DNA of 64,000 nucleotides from Gammaproteobacteria bacterium. Lineage in GTDB: Bacteria > Pseudomonadota > Gammaproteobacteria > Ga0077536. Every line of letters begins with the position of its first letter. Position 1 is the stretch's first letter. The notes under the pieces were generated by a model that was not told where the DNA came from, ran no database searches, and saw nothing but the letters and a program-made list of their open reading frames with translations. The translations under genes were made by a program, and so were the position numbers. This document shows positions 29,941 to 39,879 of this stretch, piece after piece. The DNA lies in the NCBI GenBank assembly GCA_023257255.1, contig JALRCR010000003.1, positions 8,627 to 72,626 on the forward strand, given 5' to 3'.

Positions 29941-29968
29941 AAGAAAAGGCCGGGTTTCCCCGGCCTTT
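29941..29968 (-). terminator. Rho-independent terminator, possibly bidirectional
   Basis: aaaggccggg-tttc-cccggccttt stem with T-run on the minus strand downstream of DUF1329. Confidence 0.75.
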
Positions 29969-29993
29969 CCAGAGGACCTTGCGAGGTTTGGGT

Positions 29994-31373
29994 TTAGGTA
30001 CCCAGACGCTGCATGGCCTGCACGGTCATGTACTTGTTGATCAGGTCGTCGTGCATGTTCCACTGGGACTTCCAGCCGCCTGCGCAGCTTTCGGCCTGGT
30101 GGAAACGGGTAATACGCTGCGACTGGATGTCGTTGGAAATTACCCAACTCCAGCTCCAGCACACGTCGTTGCCCGCCATCATGACCTTGTCGCCCTTCTT
30201 GTACTGGCTGAAGCCAGGCTCGAAGGACTTCCAGATCTCGCCGCGACGGTCGAAGGTGATCATCTGCGGGAAGGTCAGCATACGAGCGTCAATGTAGACG
30301 CGCTTCTTGCTGACCGGCGCACGCGGGTAACCGGTCGGCTCGGCTTCGAGCACGATAACTTCCGGAATCAGCGACTTGCCGACGTACATGAAGGTGTTGT
30401 TCTTCGGACCACCCACCAGCGGCAGTTCCCAGTTCGGGGAGTCTGCGTGCCACTGACCGTGCATCGAGCCGAGCAACGGCTGACGGCCCACGATCTTGTA
30501 GTTGCCCCAGGTCAGCATCGGGTCGCCAGCGGCCCATGCGTCGGACAGGAACAGGTTGATGCCGGGGACCAGCGGCTCGAAGCGCTGGTTGGTCGGGAAG
30601 CGACGCACCCGCTTGAACGCCGGGATGTAGCCGAACAGATCGGGATATTCGCGCTGGTCATACGGCCAGATATTCACGAAGGCCGTGCCCTTGACGTCGT
30701 TCGGCGCCGAGAACCAGGTGGACTGCAGACGGGTCTTGTCTTCGTAGCCCTCGAGGTAGGGGTTGCCGCCGTTGTCGACGAGGCCCGTGCACTGCTGTTC
30801 GGCCCACACGAAGTCGTACTTGTAGAGCACGTTGCCTTCGGCGTCGAGCGCGGACATCGGAATGGCGTACATGGTCTGGTCGTGACGACCCCAGGCCAGC
30901 GTCAGGTTGGCGATGGTCTGCATGCCGTCCTGCGGGTTGGGGAACGGCAGACCGCCGATCCAGGGCTTGCCGTCCTTGGTGCGGACGTTGCCGGTTTCGT
31001 CGAACACGGCCTGACCCTGGTTCTTGACGGTCGCTTCGAGGAACTTCGGCGGGAACATGGTCGACGGGTCAGTGTCCGTCGGCATGATGTAGAACTTGCG
31101 GCCCTGCTGCTTGACTTCCTGATAGAGCATCGGGTCGACGATGTCTTTCACGACATCAATGTTGTCGGCGTTGATTTCGTCGCCGACCTTGATCTTGCCC
31201 TTGGTGAAAAGGGAGATGTCGAGCAGTTCGTCCGGATAGGCCTTGCTGATGTCTTCGCCGTTTGAGATCAACGGCCACAGGGAGGTCAGTACCCCGGCGC
31301 CGCCGATCCCACGCGCAACCTTCTCCATGAAGAAGCGTCGGCTGTAGTCAAAATCGTATTTTCTGATATGCAT
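29994..31373 (-). CDS. DUF1329 family periplasmic protein with Tat-like signal
   Basis: SRRFF twin-Arg, GLPFPNP, P.DVKG, YIPAFKRVRR, YKIVG, SKKRVYID, DRRGEIWK motifs. Confidence 0.8.
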   Translation of the reverse strand: MHIRKYDFDYSRRFFMEKVARGIGGAGVLTSLWPLISNGEDISKAYPDELLDISLFTKGKIKVGDEINADNIDVVKDIVDPMLYQEVKQQGRKFYIMPTDTDPSTMFPPKFLEATVKNQGQAVFDETGNVRTKDGKPWIGGLPFPNPQDGMQTIANLTLAWGRHDQTMYAIPMSALDAEGNVLYKYDFVWAEQQCTGLVDNGGNPYLEGYEDKTRLQSTWFSAPNDVKGTAFVNIWPYDQREYPDLFGYIPAFKRVRRFPTNQRFEPLVPGINLFLSDAWAAGDPMLTWGNYKIVGRQPLLGSMHGQWHADSPNWELPLVGGPKNNTFMYVGKSLIPEVIVLEAEPTGYPRAPVSKKRVYIDARMLTFPQMITFDRRGEIWKSFEPGFSQYKKGDKVMMAGNDVCWSWSWVISNDIQSQRITRFHQAESCAGGWKSQWNMHDDLINKYMTVQAMQRLGT

Positions 31374-31539
31374 GAACTCCCCCTGATGTCTTTTAAACAC
31401 ACGCAACCCTGCCCCGTACGCACTTGTTCAGATGCGGGAGGCCAAGTCTGAAAAGCCTTGTAACACCACTGCGGTTGGTCTCGCAATGCCGCTTGAGAAC
31501 TGTGTTCCGATGCTGCACTGCGACGGTTCTAAGTATTTT

Positions 31540-32316
31540 TCACTTGCCTTGTCGCTGGGCCGAGCGCGCGGCCTCAGCCCGTGCCGCCCGCACCTTCTCG
31601 TTGGTCTGATTGAACAGTAATGCGCGACGCGCGGCTTCCTGCTCATCGGTGAGCTGGCGTTCGCCCCACTCGCGCCGCACATTGCGTCCGGCCTGCACGG
31701 CCGGGCGCGCGGCGACTTCATCCACCCAGCGCTTGAGGTGCGGAAAACGCGCCCAGACCGTCTCATCAATGAGGCGCTCCAGCAGCATTGCCCACGGCCA
31801 GCTGACGATGTCGGCAATGCTGTACTGATCGCCGGCGAGGAACGGGTTGACCGATAGCTGCGCGTCCATCACGCCGCACAGACGGTCAACCTCGCCCACG
31901 AACCGACGCTGCCCGTAGGCCAACTGGGCGGGGTCATCCACCAGTTTTACCGCGTAATTCTTGAAGTGATTGGCGTTGCCCATCATTGGACCCAGATTCG
32001 CCATCTGCCAGTACACCCACTGCAGCACGGTGTAGCGCGCGGCGCCGCTGGTCGGCAGGAAGCGCCCGGTCTTGTCGGCCAGATATTCGACGATGGCCGC
32101 CGACTCAAACAGCGCCAGCGGCGCACCGCCGCCCAGCGGGGCGTGGTCGATGATGGCCGGCATCCGGTTGTTGGGCGAGATGCGCAGGAAGTCAGCCTTG
32201 AACTGGTCGCCCGCCCCGATATCCACCTCCAGCACCTGATATTCGAGACCGCACTCCTCGAGCATGATGGTGACTTTCCAGGCGTTGGGCGTGGGCCAGT
32301 AGTAGACGTCGATCAT
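31540..32316 (-). CDS. Glutathione S-transferase, Nu class (YfcG/YghU-like)
   Basis: WPTPN, ISPNNRMPAI, FESAAI.EYLA, LGPM.G, SIADI. Confidence 0.88.
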   Translation of the reverse strand: MIDVYYWPTPNAWKVTIMLEECGLEYQVLEVDIGAGDQFKADFLRISPNNRMPAIIDHAPLGGGAPLALFESAAIVEYLADKTGRFLPTSGAARYTVLQWVYWQMANLGPMMGNANHFKNYAVKLVDDPAQLAYGQRRFVGEVDRLCGVMDAQLSVNPFLAGDQYSIADIVSWPWAMLLERLIDETVWARFPHLKRWVDEVAARPAVQAGRNVRREWGERQLTDEQEAARRALLFNQTNEKVRAARAEAARSAQRQGK

Positions 32317-32450
32317 CGGGTTCCTCCATAGGCGCTTGGGACGTGGGCGCCCATGCTAGCGAAAAAGAGCCGGGGGGCGCCGCTGCCGCGTAGGCACCCG
32401 GCAGGTCCTCGGCTATGCTCCGGGCTCCTCGCCTGCAGTTGGAGCCCCCG

Positions 32451-34145
32451 ATGAAATACGACCTCCTCATTCGCAACGGCGTGCTGGTAGACGGGTCGGG
32501 CGCGCCACGCTTCCCGGCCGATATCGGCATCATCGGCAACCGCATCGCCAAAATCGGTCGCATTCGCGCCCCCGCCGAACGCAGCATCGACGCCGAAGGC
32601 CATATCGTCAGCCCGGGCTTCGTCGACGGCCACACCCACATGGACGCGCAGGTTTTCTGGGATCCGCTCGGCTCCTGCTCGTGCTATCACGGCGTGACCA
32701 CCGTGGTCATGGGCAACTGCGGCTTCACGCTTGCGCCCTGCTCGGCGGCCGAATCCGACTTTGTCTTCCGCAATCTCGAACGGGCGGAAGATCTGTCACG
32801 CGACGCCATGCGGGCCGGCATCGACTGGCGCTGGGAAAGCTTCCCGGAATATCTGGACGTGGTCGATGCGTTACCCAAAGGCATCAACTACGCCGGCTAT
32901 ATCGGACATTCGCCGCTGCGCACGCATGTGATGGGCGAGCGCGCGTTCTCCGAGCAGGCCACCGAAGACGACGTTCGCCGGATGCAGCATCTCGTCCGCG
33001 AGGCGTTGCAGGCAGGCGCGATTGGCTTCTCGACTTCGCGCACCATGAATCATCTGACCTCCGACGACCGCCCGGTCGCCAGCCGCGTGGCCGACTGGAG
33101 CGAAGTCCGCGCGATCGTCAACGCGATGGGCGAAGCGGGCGGTGGCGTTTTTGAGCTGGCCAGCGAAGAGCCCGGCCGCAGCCCGCGACGTCAACGCGAT
33201 TATTTTGATCGACTGAAAAATCTGGCAGTCGAATCGGGTTGTCCGGTGACCTTCGGCATGCCCAGCATTCGCATCGCCCCAGAGCTCTGGCCCAACTATT
33301 ACGAACTCGCGAACGAGACCGTCGCCGCCGGCGGCCGCATGTTCGTGCAAGCGCATAGCCGTCATCTGTCGACGCTGCTTTCTTTCAAATCGCACACGCC
33401 CTTCGACCACTGGGAGGGCTGGAAAGACATCCGTAGCCGCCCACTGGAAGAGCAGAAGCGCCTGCTCCGCGACCCTGCGATCAAGCAACGGCTGGTGGCT
33501 ATCGCCAGCGCTGAATACGGCGGTCCCAAAGTCGTTGGCGCCGAGGCGCGTCCGCCCGAGTGGGACTGGTTCTACGTCTACAACGGCGTGCGCAACGAAG
33601 AACCGATGAGTGAAGTGGCGGCGAAGCGCGGGGTCCATCCGGTCGAGGCGATGATCGATCTCGCACTGGAACGTGACTTTGACTGTTTCTTCCGCCAGCC
33701 GCTGGCGAATGAAGATCAGGAGGCGGTGCTCAAGATGATGCGCCACCCGCGGAGCGTGGTGACCTTCTCTGACTCTGGCGCGCATGTCGCGCAAATCATG
33801 GATTCCTCGCTGCAAACCCACTTGCTGAGCCACTGGGTGCGCGAGCGGGAAGCCTTCACGCTGGAAGAAGCGGTGCGACTGATTACCTACGACACCGCGT
33901 CGGCCTGGGGCTTCCACGACCGTGGGCTGTTGCGCGAAGGACTTAACGCTGATTTGGTGATTTTCGACCCGGCCACAATCGACCAGAACATGCCCGAGCT
34001 GGTCAACGACCTGCCCAGCGGCGCCCAGCGCCTCAAGCAAACCGCGCGCGGCATTAGCCACAGCATCGTCAACGGCCGCGTGCTACTCGAGAACAATCAG
34101 CCGACGGGCGAACTCCCCGGCACGCTAATCCGCAAAAAACCCTGA
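32451..34145 (+). CDS. N-acyl-D-amino-acid deacylase family amidohydrolase
   Basis: DGSGAP, PGFVDGHTHMD, HGVTTVVMGNCG, SDSGAH, DRGLL..G..AD. Confidence 0.88.
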   Translation: MKYDLLIRNGVLVDGSGAPRFPADIGIIGNRIAKIGRIRAPAERSIDAEGHIVSPGFVDGHTHMDAQVFWDPLGSCSCYHGVTTVVMGNCGFTLAPCSAAESDFVFRNLERAEDLSRDAMRAGIDWRWESFPEYLDVVDALPKGINYAGYIGHSPLRTHVMGERAFSEQATEDDVRRMQHLVREALQAGAIGFSTSRTMNHLTSDDRPVASRVADWSEVRAIVNAMGEAGGGVFELASEEPGRSPRRQRDYFDRLKNLAVESGCPVTFGMPSIRIAPELWPNYYELANETVAAGGRMFVQAHSRHLSTLLSFKSHTPFDHWEGWKDIRSRPLEEQKRLLRDPAIKQRLVAIASAEYGGPKVVGAEARPPEWDWFYVYNGVRNEEPMSEVAAKRGVHPVEAMIDLALERDFDCFFRQPLANEDQEAVLKMMRHPRSVVTFSDSGAHVAQIMDSSLQTHLLSHWVREREAFTLEEAVRLITYDTASAWGFHDRGLLREGLNADLVIFDPATIDQNMPELVNDLPSGAQRLKQTARGISHSIVNGRVLLENNQPTGELPGTLIRKKP

Positions 34146-34175
34146 GATTCGCCGTCCGGCCCGCGGCCGGGCGGC

Positions 34176-34202
34176 TAAACTTCGGGCGACGGCCGCCGAT
34201 TC
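34176..34202 (+). promoter_or_regulatory. Sigma-28 (FliA)-type promoter for the Ser/Thr kinase gene
   Basis: TAAA-N15-GCCGATTC vs consensus TAAA-N15-GCCGATAA; ATG 8 nt downstream, no RBS. Confidence 0.6.
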
Positions 34203-34210
34203 ACAGCGGC

Positions 34211-35515
34211 ATGAAGCTTGTGATCATCGATACCTCGCCTGTGTGGATGGCTGACGTCCGGCGTGCGCTCGCGCAGGTCTTGCCGGACATCGAAGTCACC
34301 GCCTACGACGCCGATCAGGCGGGCATGCCGGACGACAACTTCTGCTGGGCCTGGTATGACGTGGCCCTGCTCAGTCACGAACTCGGCGACCAGCCGTCAG
34401 GTTTGCACTGCCTGGCAGCGTATGTGGGCCGACCCGGCTTCCCACCCACGGTGCTGGTGAGTCAAAGCGCCGACCCTTATCTGGCGGCGGACGCCATCAA
34501 GGCCGGTGCTGCCGACTACATCCGCCGCGACGACGCGCTGGGTCAACGCCTGCCGGCGCTGCTAGGTGCACTGGTGAGCCGTCACCCGGTGAGCGACCGC
34601 ACCTTCAGACTGCCACCCGGCGCGCCGGTAAACTCGCGCGCGGCGCGGGTGCGTCGCTCGCCCACCATGGACGACAGCACGCATCGCTTCGTCCGGCTAA
34701 TCGGACAAGGCGGCTTCTGTCGCGTTTATCTTGCCGAACGCGTCACCGACCAACGGCCGATAGTGCTCAAGGTCATGGAACGCGGCACTGGCCCCAATGG
34801 CGGCATGCTGCGCCGGTTCGCCCGCGAAGCCCAGATCCTTTCCAACATCGACGATCCGCACGTCGTGCGGGTCTACGACCGCGGGATCACCGCAGAGTAC
34901 GGGTACATTTCCATGGAGTTTTTCGCCGGCGGTGATTTGAAGCAGAAAATCGAACGCGGCGTGTCGCTGGACGAGGCCATCCGCTGCATGCGCGGCATTG
35001 CCCGCGGCTTGCAGGCCGTGCACCGGGAAGGCGTCATTCATCGTGACGTGAAGCCGGGCAACATCATGTTTCGCGGCGACGGCTCGCTGGCGTTGGCCGA
35101 CTTTGGCATTTCACGCCGATTGCATGAAACCATCGACCTGACCACCCATACCGGCACCTTGGGCACCCCGGGCTATCTCAGCCCGGAGCAGGCGCTGGGC
35201 ACACCGGTCGACCACCGCACCGACCTCTACAGCGCGGGCGTGGTGTTCTACGAATTGTTGACCGGCGGCAAGCCGTTTCGCGCCGACACACCGGCGGGGG
35301 TTGTCTACCAACACATCCACACTCCGCCACCCCGTCTGCCCGCCAGCCTCGGCTGGGCCCAGCCCTTGTTGGACATGCTGCTGGCGAAAAGCCCGGAAGC
35401 GCGGCTCAGCAGCGCAGACGAACTCTTGCAGGGCATCGACGAATGGTTACCACCGTGCCTCGAGGGGCGGGCGCTGCAGACCAGGCCACACGCCCCGCAA
35501 ATTGCCCTGCACTAA
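34211..35515 (+). CDS. Pseudo-receiver domain fused to Hanks-type Ser/Thr protein kinase
   Basis: N-terminal REC fold (LVIID, DVALLS, AIKAGAADYI); kinase GQGGF, VLK, HRDVKPGN, DFG, GTPGYLSPE, DLYSAG. Confidence 0.88.
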   Translation: MKLVIIDTSPVWMADVRRALAQVLPDIEVTAYDADQAGMPDDNFCWAWYDVALLSHELGDQPSGLHCLAAYVGRPGFPPTVLVSQSADPYLAADAIKAGAADYIRRDDALGQRLPALLGALVSRHPVSDRTFRLPPGAPVNSRAARVRRSPTMDDSTHRFVRLIGQGGFCRVYLAERVTDQRPIVLKVMERGTGPNGGMLRRFAREAQILSNIDDPHVVRVYDRGITAEYGYISMEFFAGGDLKQKIERGVSLDEAIRCMRGIARGLQAVHREGVIHRDVKPGNIMFRGDGSLALADFGISRRLHETIDLTTHTGTLGTPGYLSPEQALGTPVDHRTDLYSAGVVFYELLTGGKPFRADTPAGVVYQHIHTPPPRLPASLGWAQPLLDMLLAKSPEARLSSADELLQGIDEWLPPCLEGRALQTRPHAPQIALH

Positions 35516-35590
35516 CTGCGCCGCGCGGGCTGCGCCGTAAGCCGCGTTCCGTATAATCCAAGCACTCCCGTAGTTCAGGAACCTGCACCC

Positions 35591-36913
35591 ATGGCCGGCA
35601 TTTTCAAGGCATATGACATCCGCGGCCTCTTCGGCAGCACGCTAACCGAATCTATCGCCACCGATATTGGCCGGGCGTTCGTCGATTTTCTGGGGGCGCG
35701 CACGGTGGTCGTCGGGCGCGATATGCGCACCCACTCCCCGGCGATGTTTGACGCGCTGGCGCGCGGCATCACCCAACAGGGCGCGACGGTGATCGACGTC
35801 GGTCTGTGCAGCACACCGATGTGCTACTTCGCCAACGGCACGCTGGGCGCGGATGGCAGCATCATGATCACCGCCTCGCACAACCCCGGTGAGTGGAATG
35901 GCATGAAAATGTGCCGCGAAAGCGCGATCCCGATTAGCGGCCCCACCGGCATCGAGACCATCGAAGCGCTCGTTCAGGCCGGCAATTTCAAACCCGCCGC
36001 CGCCACGCCCGGATCCATCACACAGCACGACATTGCCCCGGCCTACGCTGCGCATATCAAGTCCCGCGCCCGCTTCGCGCGCCCGCTGCGCATCGCCGTC
36101 GACTACGCCAATGCCATGGGTATTGTGGAAGCGCGCGCGCTGGCCGGGCTCTATGCGGAAGAAGCCCTGTTCGGCGAACTGGACGGTAGCTTCCCCAATC
36201 ACGAAGCCAACCCGCTGGACCACGAGACGCTGGAACCGCTGCAGCACCTGGTGCGCACGCATGGCCCATTTGATTTCGGCATTGCCTTTGACGGCGACGC
36301 CGACCGCGTCGGGTTCGTCGACGAGCGAGGCGACATCGTCCCGATGGACCTCATCACGGCGCTCATCGCCCAGACCATGCTGAAAACCGAAGCCGGGCGA
36401 ATTTTCTACGATCTCAGGAGCAGCAAGGCGGTCAAGGAAGCCATCGAAGAGGCGGGCGGCGAGGCGCTGATGTCGAGCGTCGGCCACGCCTTTATCAAGC
36501 GCCAGATGCGCGACGCCAATGCCCTGTTCGCCGGCGAACTCTCCGGGCACTACTACTTTCGGGAAAACTTCTTTGCCGAGAGTTCGGCGCTGGCGGTGAT
36601 TGCGATTGGGAATCTGGTGAGCGCAAGCGCGCAGCCGCTGTCGGCCCTGATTGCGCCGCTCCGCCGCTATGCCCCGAGCGGCGAGATCAACTCGACCGTC
36701 AGCGATGTGGAAAGCGTTTTTCTCGCCCTTCGTGCGGCGTTCGCCGATGCCCGTTTCACGGAACTCGATGGCTTGACGGTTGAATACCCAGACTGGTGGT
36801 TCAACGTGCGGGCCTCAAACACCGAACCGCTGGTCCGCCTGAATCTGGAGGCTGCCGATGAGGCCTCGATGCGCGTGCACCGCGACGCGGTGCTGGCGAT
36901 CATTCGCCGCTAG
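35591..36913 (+). CDS. Phosphomannomutase/phosphoglucomutase
   Basis: [14 protein letters not shown] phosphoserine, FDGDADR, GELSGH, RASNTEP; TATAAT at 35552 upstream. Confidence 0.92.
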   Translation: MAGIFKAYDIRGLFGSTLTESIATDIGRAFVDFLGARTVVVGRDMRTHSPAMFDALARGITQQGATVIDVGLCSTPMCYFANGTLGADGSIMITASHNPGEWNGMKMCRESAIPISGPTGIETIEALVQAGNFKPAAATPGSITQHDIAPAYAAHIKSRARFARPLRIAVDYANAMGIVEARALAGLYAEEALFGELDGSFPNHEANPLDHETLEPLQHLVRTHGPFDFGIAFDGDADRVGFVDERGDIVPMDLITALIAQTMLKTEAGRIFYDLRSSKAVKEAIEEAGGEALMSSVGHAFIKRQMRDANALFAGELSGHYYFRENFFAESSALAVIAIGNLVSASAQPLSALIAPLRRYAPSGEINSTVSDVESVFLALRAAFADARFTELDGLTVEYPDWWFNVRASNTEPLVRLNLEAADEASMRVHRDAVLAIIRR

Positions 36914-37997
36914 GCGAGCGCGTCTGGTGCTCGCGGCAGATCTCCGCCGCGATCAGGGACAGGGGCACGCTGCGCTGGACCGCGCCGCGTTTAACGGCTT
37001 CTTTCGGCATGCCATAGACCACACAACTGGCTTCGTCCTGCGCCAGCGTCCGCGCGCCGACGTCGAACATTTCCTTTAAGCCCGCAGCCCCGTCATCGCC
37101 CATCCCGGTCATGATGATGCCCAGCGCGTTGCGTCCGGCCGCCTTGGCGGTCGAGCGAAACAGCACGTCGACCGACGGCCGATGCCGGCTTACCGGCGGA
37201 CCGTCTACCACTTCAACGAAGTAATAGGCGCCGCTACGCTTGAGCAGCGTGTGCTTGCCGCCCGGCGCGATGAGTGCAAGGCCGGGAATCACCCGATCGT
37301 TATGTTTCGCCTCGCGGACTTCTATCGCACACACGCTGTTCAGGCGCGTGGCAAAGGCTTCGGTAAATTTTTCTGGCATGTGCTGAACCACCACGATGCC
37401 CGGCGCGACCCGCGGCAGCGCGGTCAGCACGACTTCCAGCGCCTGCGTGCCGCCGGTGGAAGTGCCAATGGCGACGATCCGTTCGGTGGTCTGCGCCATT
37501 GCCTGGGCAGTGGCGGCCGGGATAATGGCGTCCGCCGTCAGCTTGGGCGGAATGGGACGCGTGGGCCCCGGCGCGGCACGCACCCGCGGCACCCGCGCCT
37601 GGGCCGCCGCCTTGATGGCATTGACCAGCGCCGCCGAGCTTTCCTCAAGAAAGCGTTTGAGCGCCAGTTTGGGCTTGACGATGATCTCCACCGCGCCAGC
37701 CGCCATCGCCTGCATGGTGGTGTCCGCGCCTTTCTCGGTCAGGGTCGAACACAACACCACCGGGGTCGGGTGTTCATCCATGATTTTGCGCAGGAACGTG
37801 ATGCCGTCCATCCGCGGCATTTCAACGTCCAGCACGATGACGTCGGGCCACTCGCGCTGCATCTTTTCCAACGCGTAAAGCGGGTCGGGGGCAACTGCCA
37901 TCACCCGCAGGCCCGGCGTCTTGTTGATGATGTCGGCAAGCACCTGCCGCACGACCGCCGAGTCGTCGATGATCATCACGCTGATGGGCGAGCTCAC
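36900..37997 (-). CDS. cheB: Chemotaxis methylesterase with REC domain
   Basis: DDSAVVR, LDVEMP, GTSTGG, HMP, HRPSVD, GMGDDG; GTG start overlapping the cheD stop. Confidence 0.93.
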   Translation of the reverse strand: MSSPISVMIIDDSAVVRQVLADIINKTPGLRVMAVAPDPLYALEKMQREWPDVIVLDVEMPRMDGITFLRKIMDEHPTPVVLCSTLTEKGADTTMQAMAAGAVEIIVKPKLALKRFLEESSAALVNAIKAAAQARVPRVRAAPGPTRPIPPKLTADAIIPAATAQAMAQTTERIVAIGTSTGGTQALEVVLTALPRVAPGIVVVQHMPEKFTEAFATRLNSVCAIEVREAKHNDRVIPGLALIAPGGKHTLLKRSGAYYFVEVVDGPPVSRHRPSVDVLFRSTAKAAGRNALGIIMTGMGDDGAAGLKEMFDVGARTLAQDEASCVVYGMPKEAVKRGAVQRSVPLSLIAAEICREHQTRSPSGE

Positions 37998-38494
37998 GGT
38001 GGCGTCACCTTCGGCTGGTGCTTGACCCACACGCTGCCGTCCCACAGGTCAAACATCACAATGCGATGCCCCTCACCGCCCACATGGCTGGCCTTCACCG
38101 GCTGACCATGCAACGCGAGAATACCCAGCCCGGCCTGCACGTTCTGCTTCCCGATGGCCTGCCGGTTATCAGACTTGTTGACGCTCGGAAACATATCGCC
38201 GCCGCCAAAAAGTTTGATTTCATATTCGTTAGGGTCAGTGCCAAAGCGAATCGCTTCGTTCAGGAACATCAGGTAAGCCTCATCGCCGAAGCGACCGTCG
38301 AGTTCGGCGGTGCGCCGCGCGCCGCGGGTCGGCAGCATGTAGTGGCACATGCCGCCGTAACGGCGCACCGGGTGCCACATGGTCATCGCCACGCAGGACC
38401 CAAGCAGGGTCCGCATGCGCACATCCGGGTCATCGCTGAACTGGAACTCGCCCGGTTGCAGGAAGTACTCAAAGTATTCGCTGGCCTTGCGCAT
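37994..38494 (-). CDS. cheD: Chemoreceptor glutamine deamidase
   Basis: [31 protein letters not shown]. Confidence 0.92.
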   Translation of the reverse strand: MRKASEYFEYFLQPGEFQFSDDPDVRMRTLLGSCVAMTMWHPVRRYGGMCHYMLPTRGARRTAELDGRFGDEAYLMFLNEAIRFGTDPNEYEIKLFGGGDMFPSVNKSDNRQAIGKQNVQAGLGILALHGQPVKASHVGGEGHRIVMFDLWDGSVWVKHQPKVTPP

Positions 38495-38508
38495 ACGGAC
38501 TCAAAAGC

Positions 38509-39315
38509 TCATTGACGCTGATAAATCGCAGGATGAATCGTGGTCAGCGGCAGGTTCATGCCGTGCAGGCTCTCCGAATGCCCGCAAAAGAAGTAGCCGC
38601 CCGGCCGCAGCGCGGCACAGAGCTGGCGGACCACCTTGGTCTTGGTTTCCATGTCGAAATAAATCAGCACATTGCGCAGAAAAATAAGATCAAACACGCC
38701 CACCTCGGGCAGCGGCGCGATCAGGTTAACCTGCAGAAATTTCACCCGCCGGCGCAATTCCGGCATGACCCGGAAAGTACCCTCCTGGGCGCGCACGCCA
38801 CGCAGACAGTAGCGCGTTAGCAGCGGCCGCGGAATGTGCTCGGCGCGCTCCATGGCGTAATGCGCCGTCTGGGCCCGGGCGAGCACCCGCGTGCTGATGT
38901 CCGAGGCGAGCATTTCCCAGCCGTTCTCGCCCAGCAAGGGTGCCAGCGTCATCGCAATACTCCAGGGCTCCTCGCCGCTGGAACAGGCCGCGCTCCACAC
39001 CCGATAGCTCGCCCCGGGTCGCCGCTCCGGCACGGCACGCTCGCGCATAAAGTCGAAATGCTTGGGTTCGCGGAAAAAATAGGTTTCGTTGGTGGTCAGC
39101 AGGTCAAGCGCAATCTGCGCTTCCTGCTGCTCGCGAGCGTCGATAATCAGCCGGTAATAGTCGCCAAAGCTGTCGAGACCAAAGTGCATCAGGCGCTTTT
39201 GCAGCCGGCTCATGACCAGCGGCTTCTTGGCCGGCGACATGCTGATCCCGGCCTGCTCGTACACCCAGTTACGCAGCAGCCCGAAATCCTGATCGCTCAT
39301 CGCGGTGACGGTCAT
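38509..39315 (-). CDS. cheR: Chemotaxis methyltransferase
   Basis: LTTNETYFFRE, WSAACSSGEEP, SDIS, RNVLIYFD, GHSES. Confidence 0.94.
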   Translation of the reverse strand: MTVTAMSDQDFGLLRNWVYEQAGISMSPAKKPLVMSRLQKRLMHFGLDSFGDYYRLIIDAREQQEAQIALDLLTTNETYFFREPKHFDFMRERAVPERRPGASYRVWSAACSSGEEPWSIAMTLAPLLGENGWEMLASDISTRVLARAQTAHYAMERAEHIPRPLLTRYCLRGVRAQEGTFRVMPELRRRVKFLQVNLIAPLPEVGVFDLIFLRNVLIYFDMETKTKVVRQLCAALRPGGYFFCGHSESLHGMNLPLTTIHPAIYQRQ

Positions 39316-39352
39316 GGGCGCGTGCCTGCCTTGCGCCAGCGCGCCGACACCA

Positions 39353-39871
39353 TCACGACGCTGTGCCAGCTTCGGTCACCATGCCCAGTGCCGCAATTTC
39401 GTGGATCGACAGCACGGTCGAACTGTCCAGAATCACCACAAAGCCGCCGTTTACCTTGCCCATGCCGCGAATAAAATCTGTGCGCAGTCGCGCGCCAAAG
39501 CTGGGCGGGGGTTCGATATCGGCTGCCGGAATGTCGATGACCTGGTTGACGCCATCGACAATGATCCCGACGTCCAGCTGCTCTTCTGCCGTCTGCACTT
39601 CGAGTATCACCACGCAGGTCCGGCGCGTCGGCTTGCTTGCCGCCCGCCCGAAGCGCACGGCAAGGTCCACCACGGGCACCACCCTGCCGCGCAGGTTCAG
39701 CACCCCGCGCACGCAGGGCGCCATCATCGGCACGCTGGTCATCTCCGGATATTCGAGGATTTCCTTGATCATCAGGATGGGCATGGCGAAGGTTTCCTCT
39801 CCCAGCCTGAAGGTCAGGTACTGCTGGTGTTCGGCGCCGACGCCGGTCGTCTCCTTGAGGACAGTCTGCAT
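39353..39871 (-). CDS. cheW: Chemotaxis coupling protein
   Basis: QYLTF.L, GVLNLRG.VVPV, GIIVD.V. Confidence 0.93.
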   Translation of the reverse strand: MQTVLKETTGVGAEHQQYLTFRLGEETFAMPILMIKEILEYPEMTSVPMMAPCVRGVLNLRGRVVPVVDLAVRFGRAASKPTRRTCVVILEVQTAEEQLDVGIIVDGVNQVIDIPAADIEPPPSFGARLRTDFIRGMGKVNGGFVVILDSSTVLSIHEIAALGMVTEAGTAS

Positions 39872-39879
39872 GACGCCCC

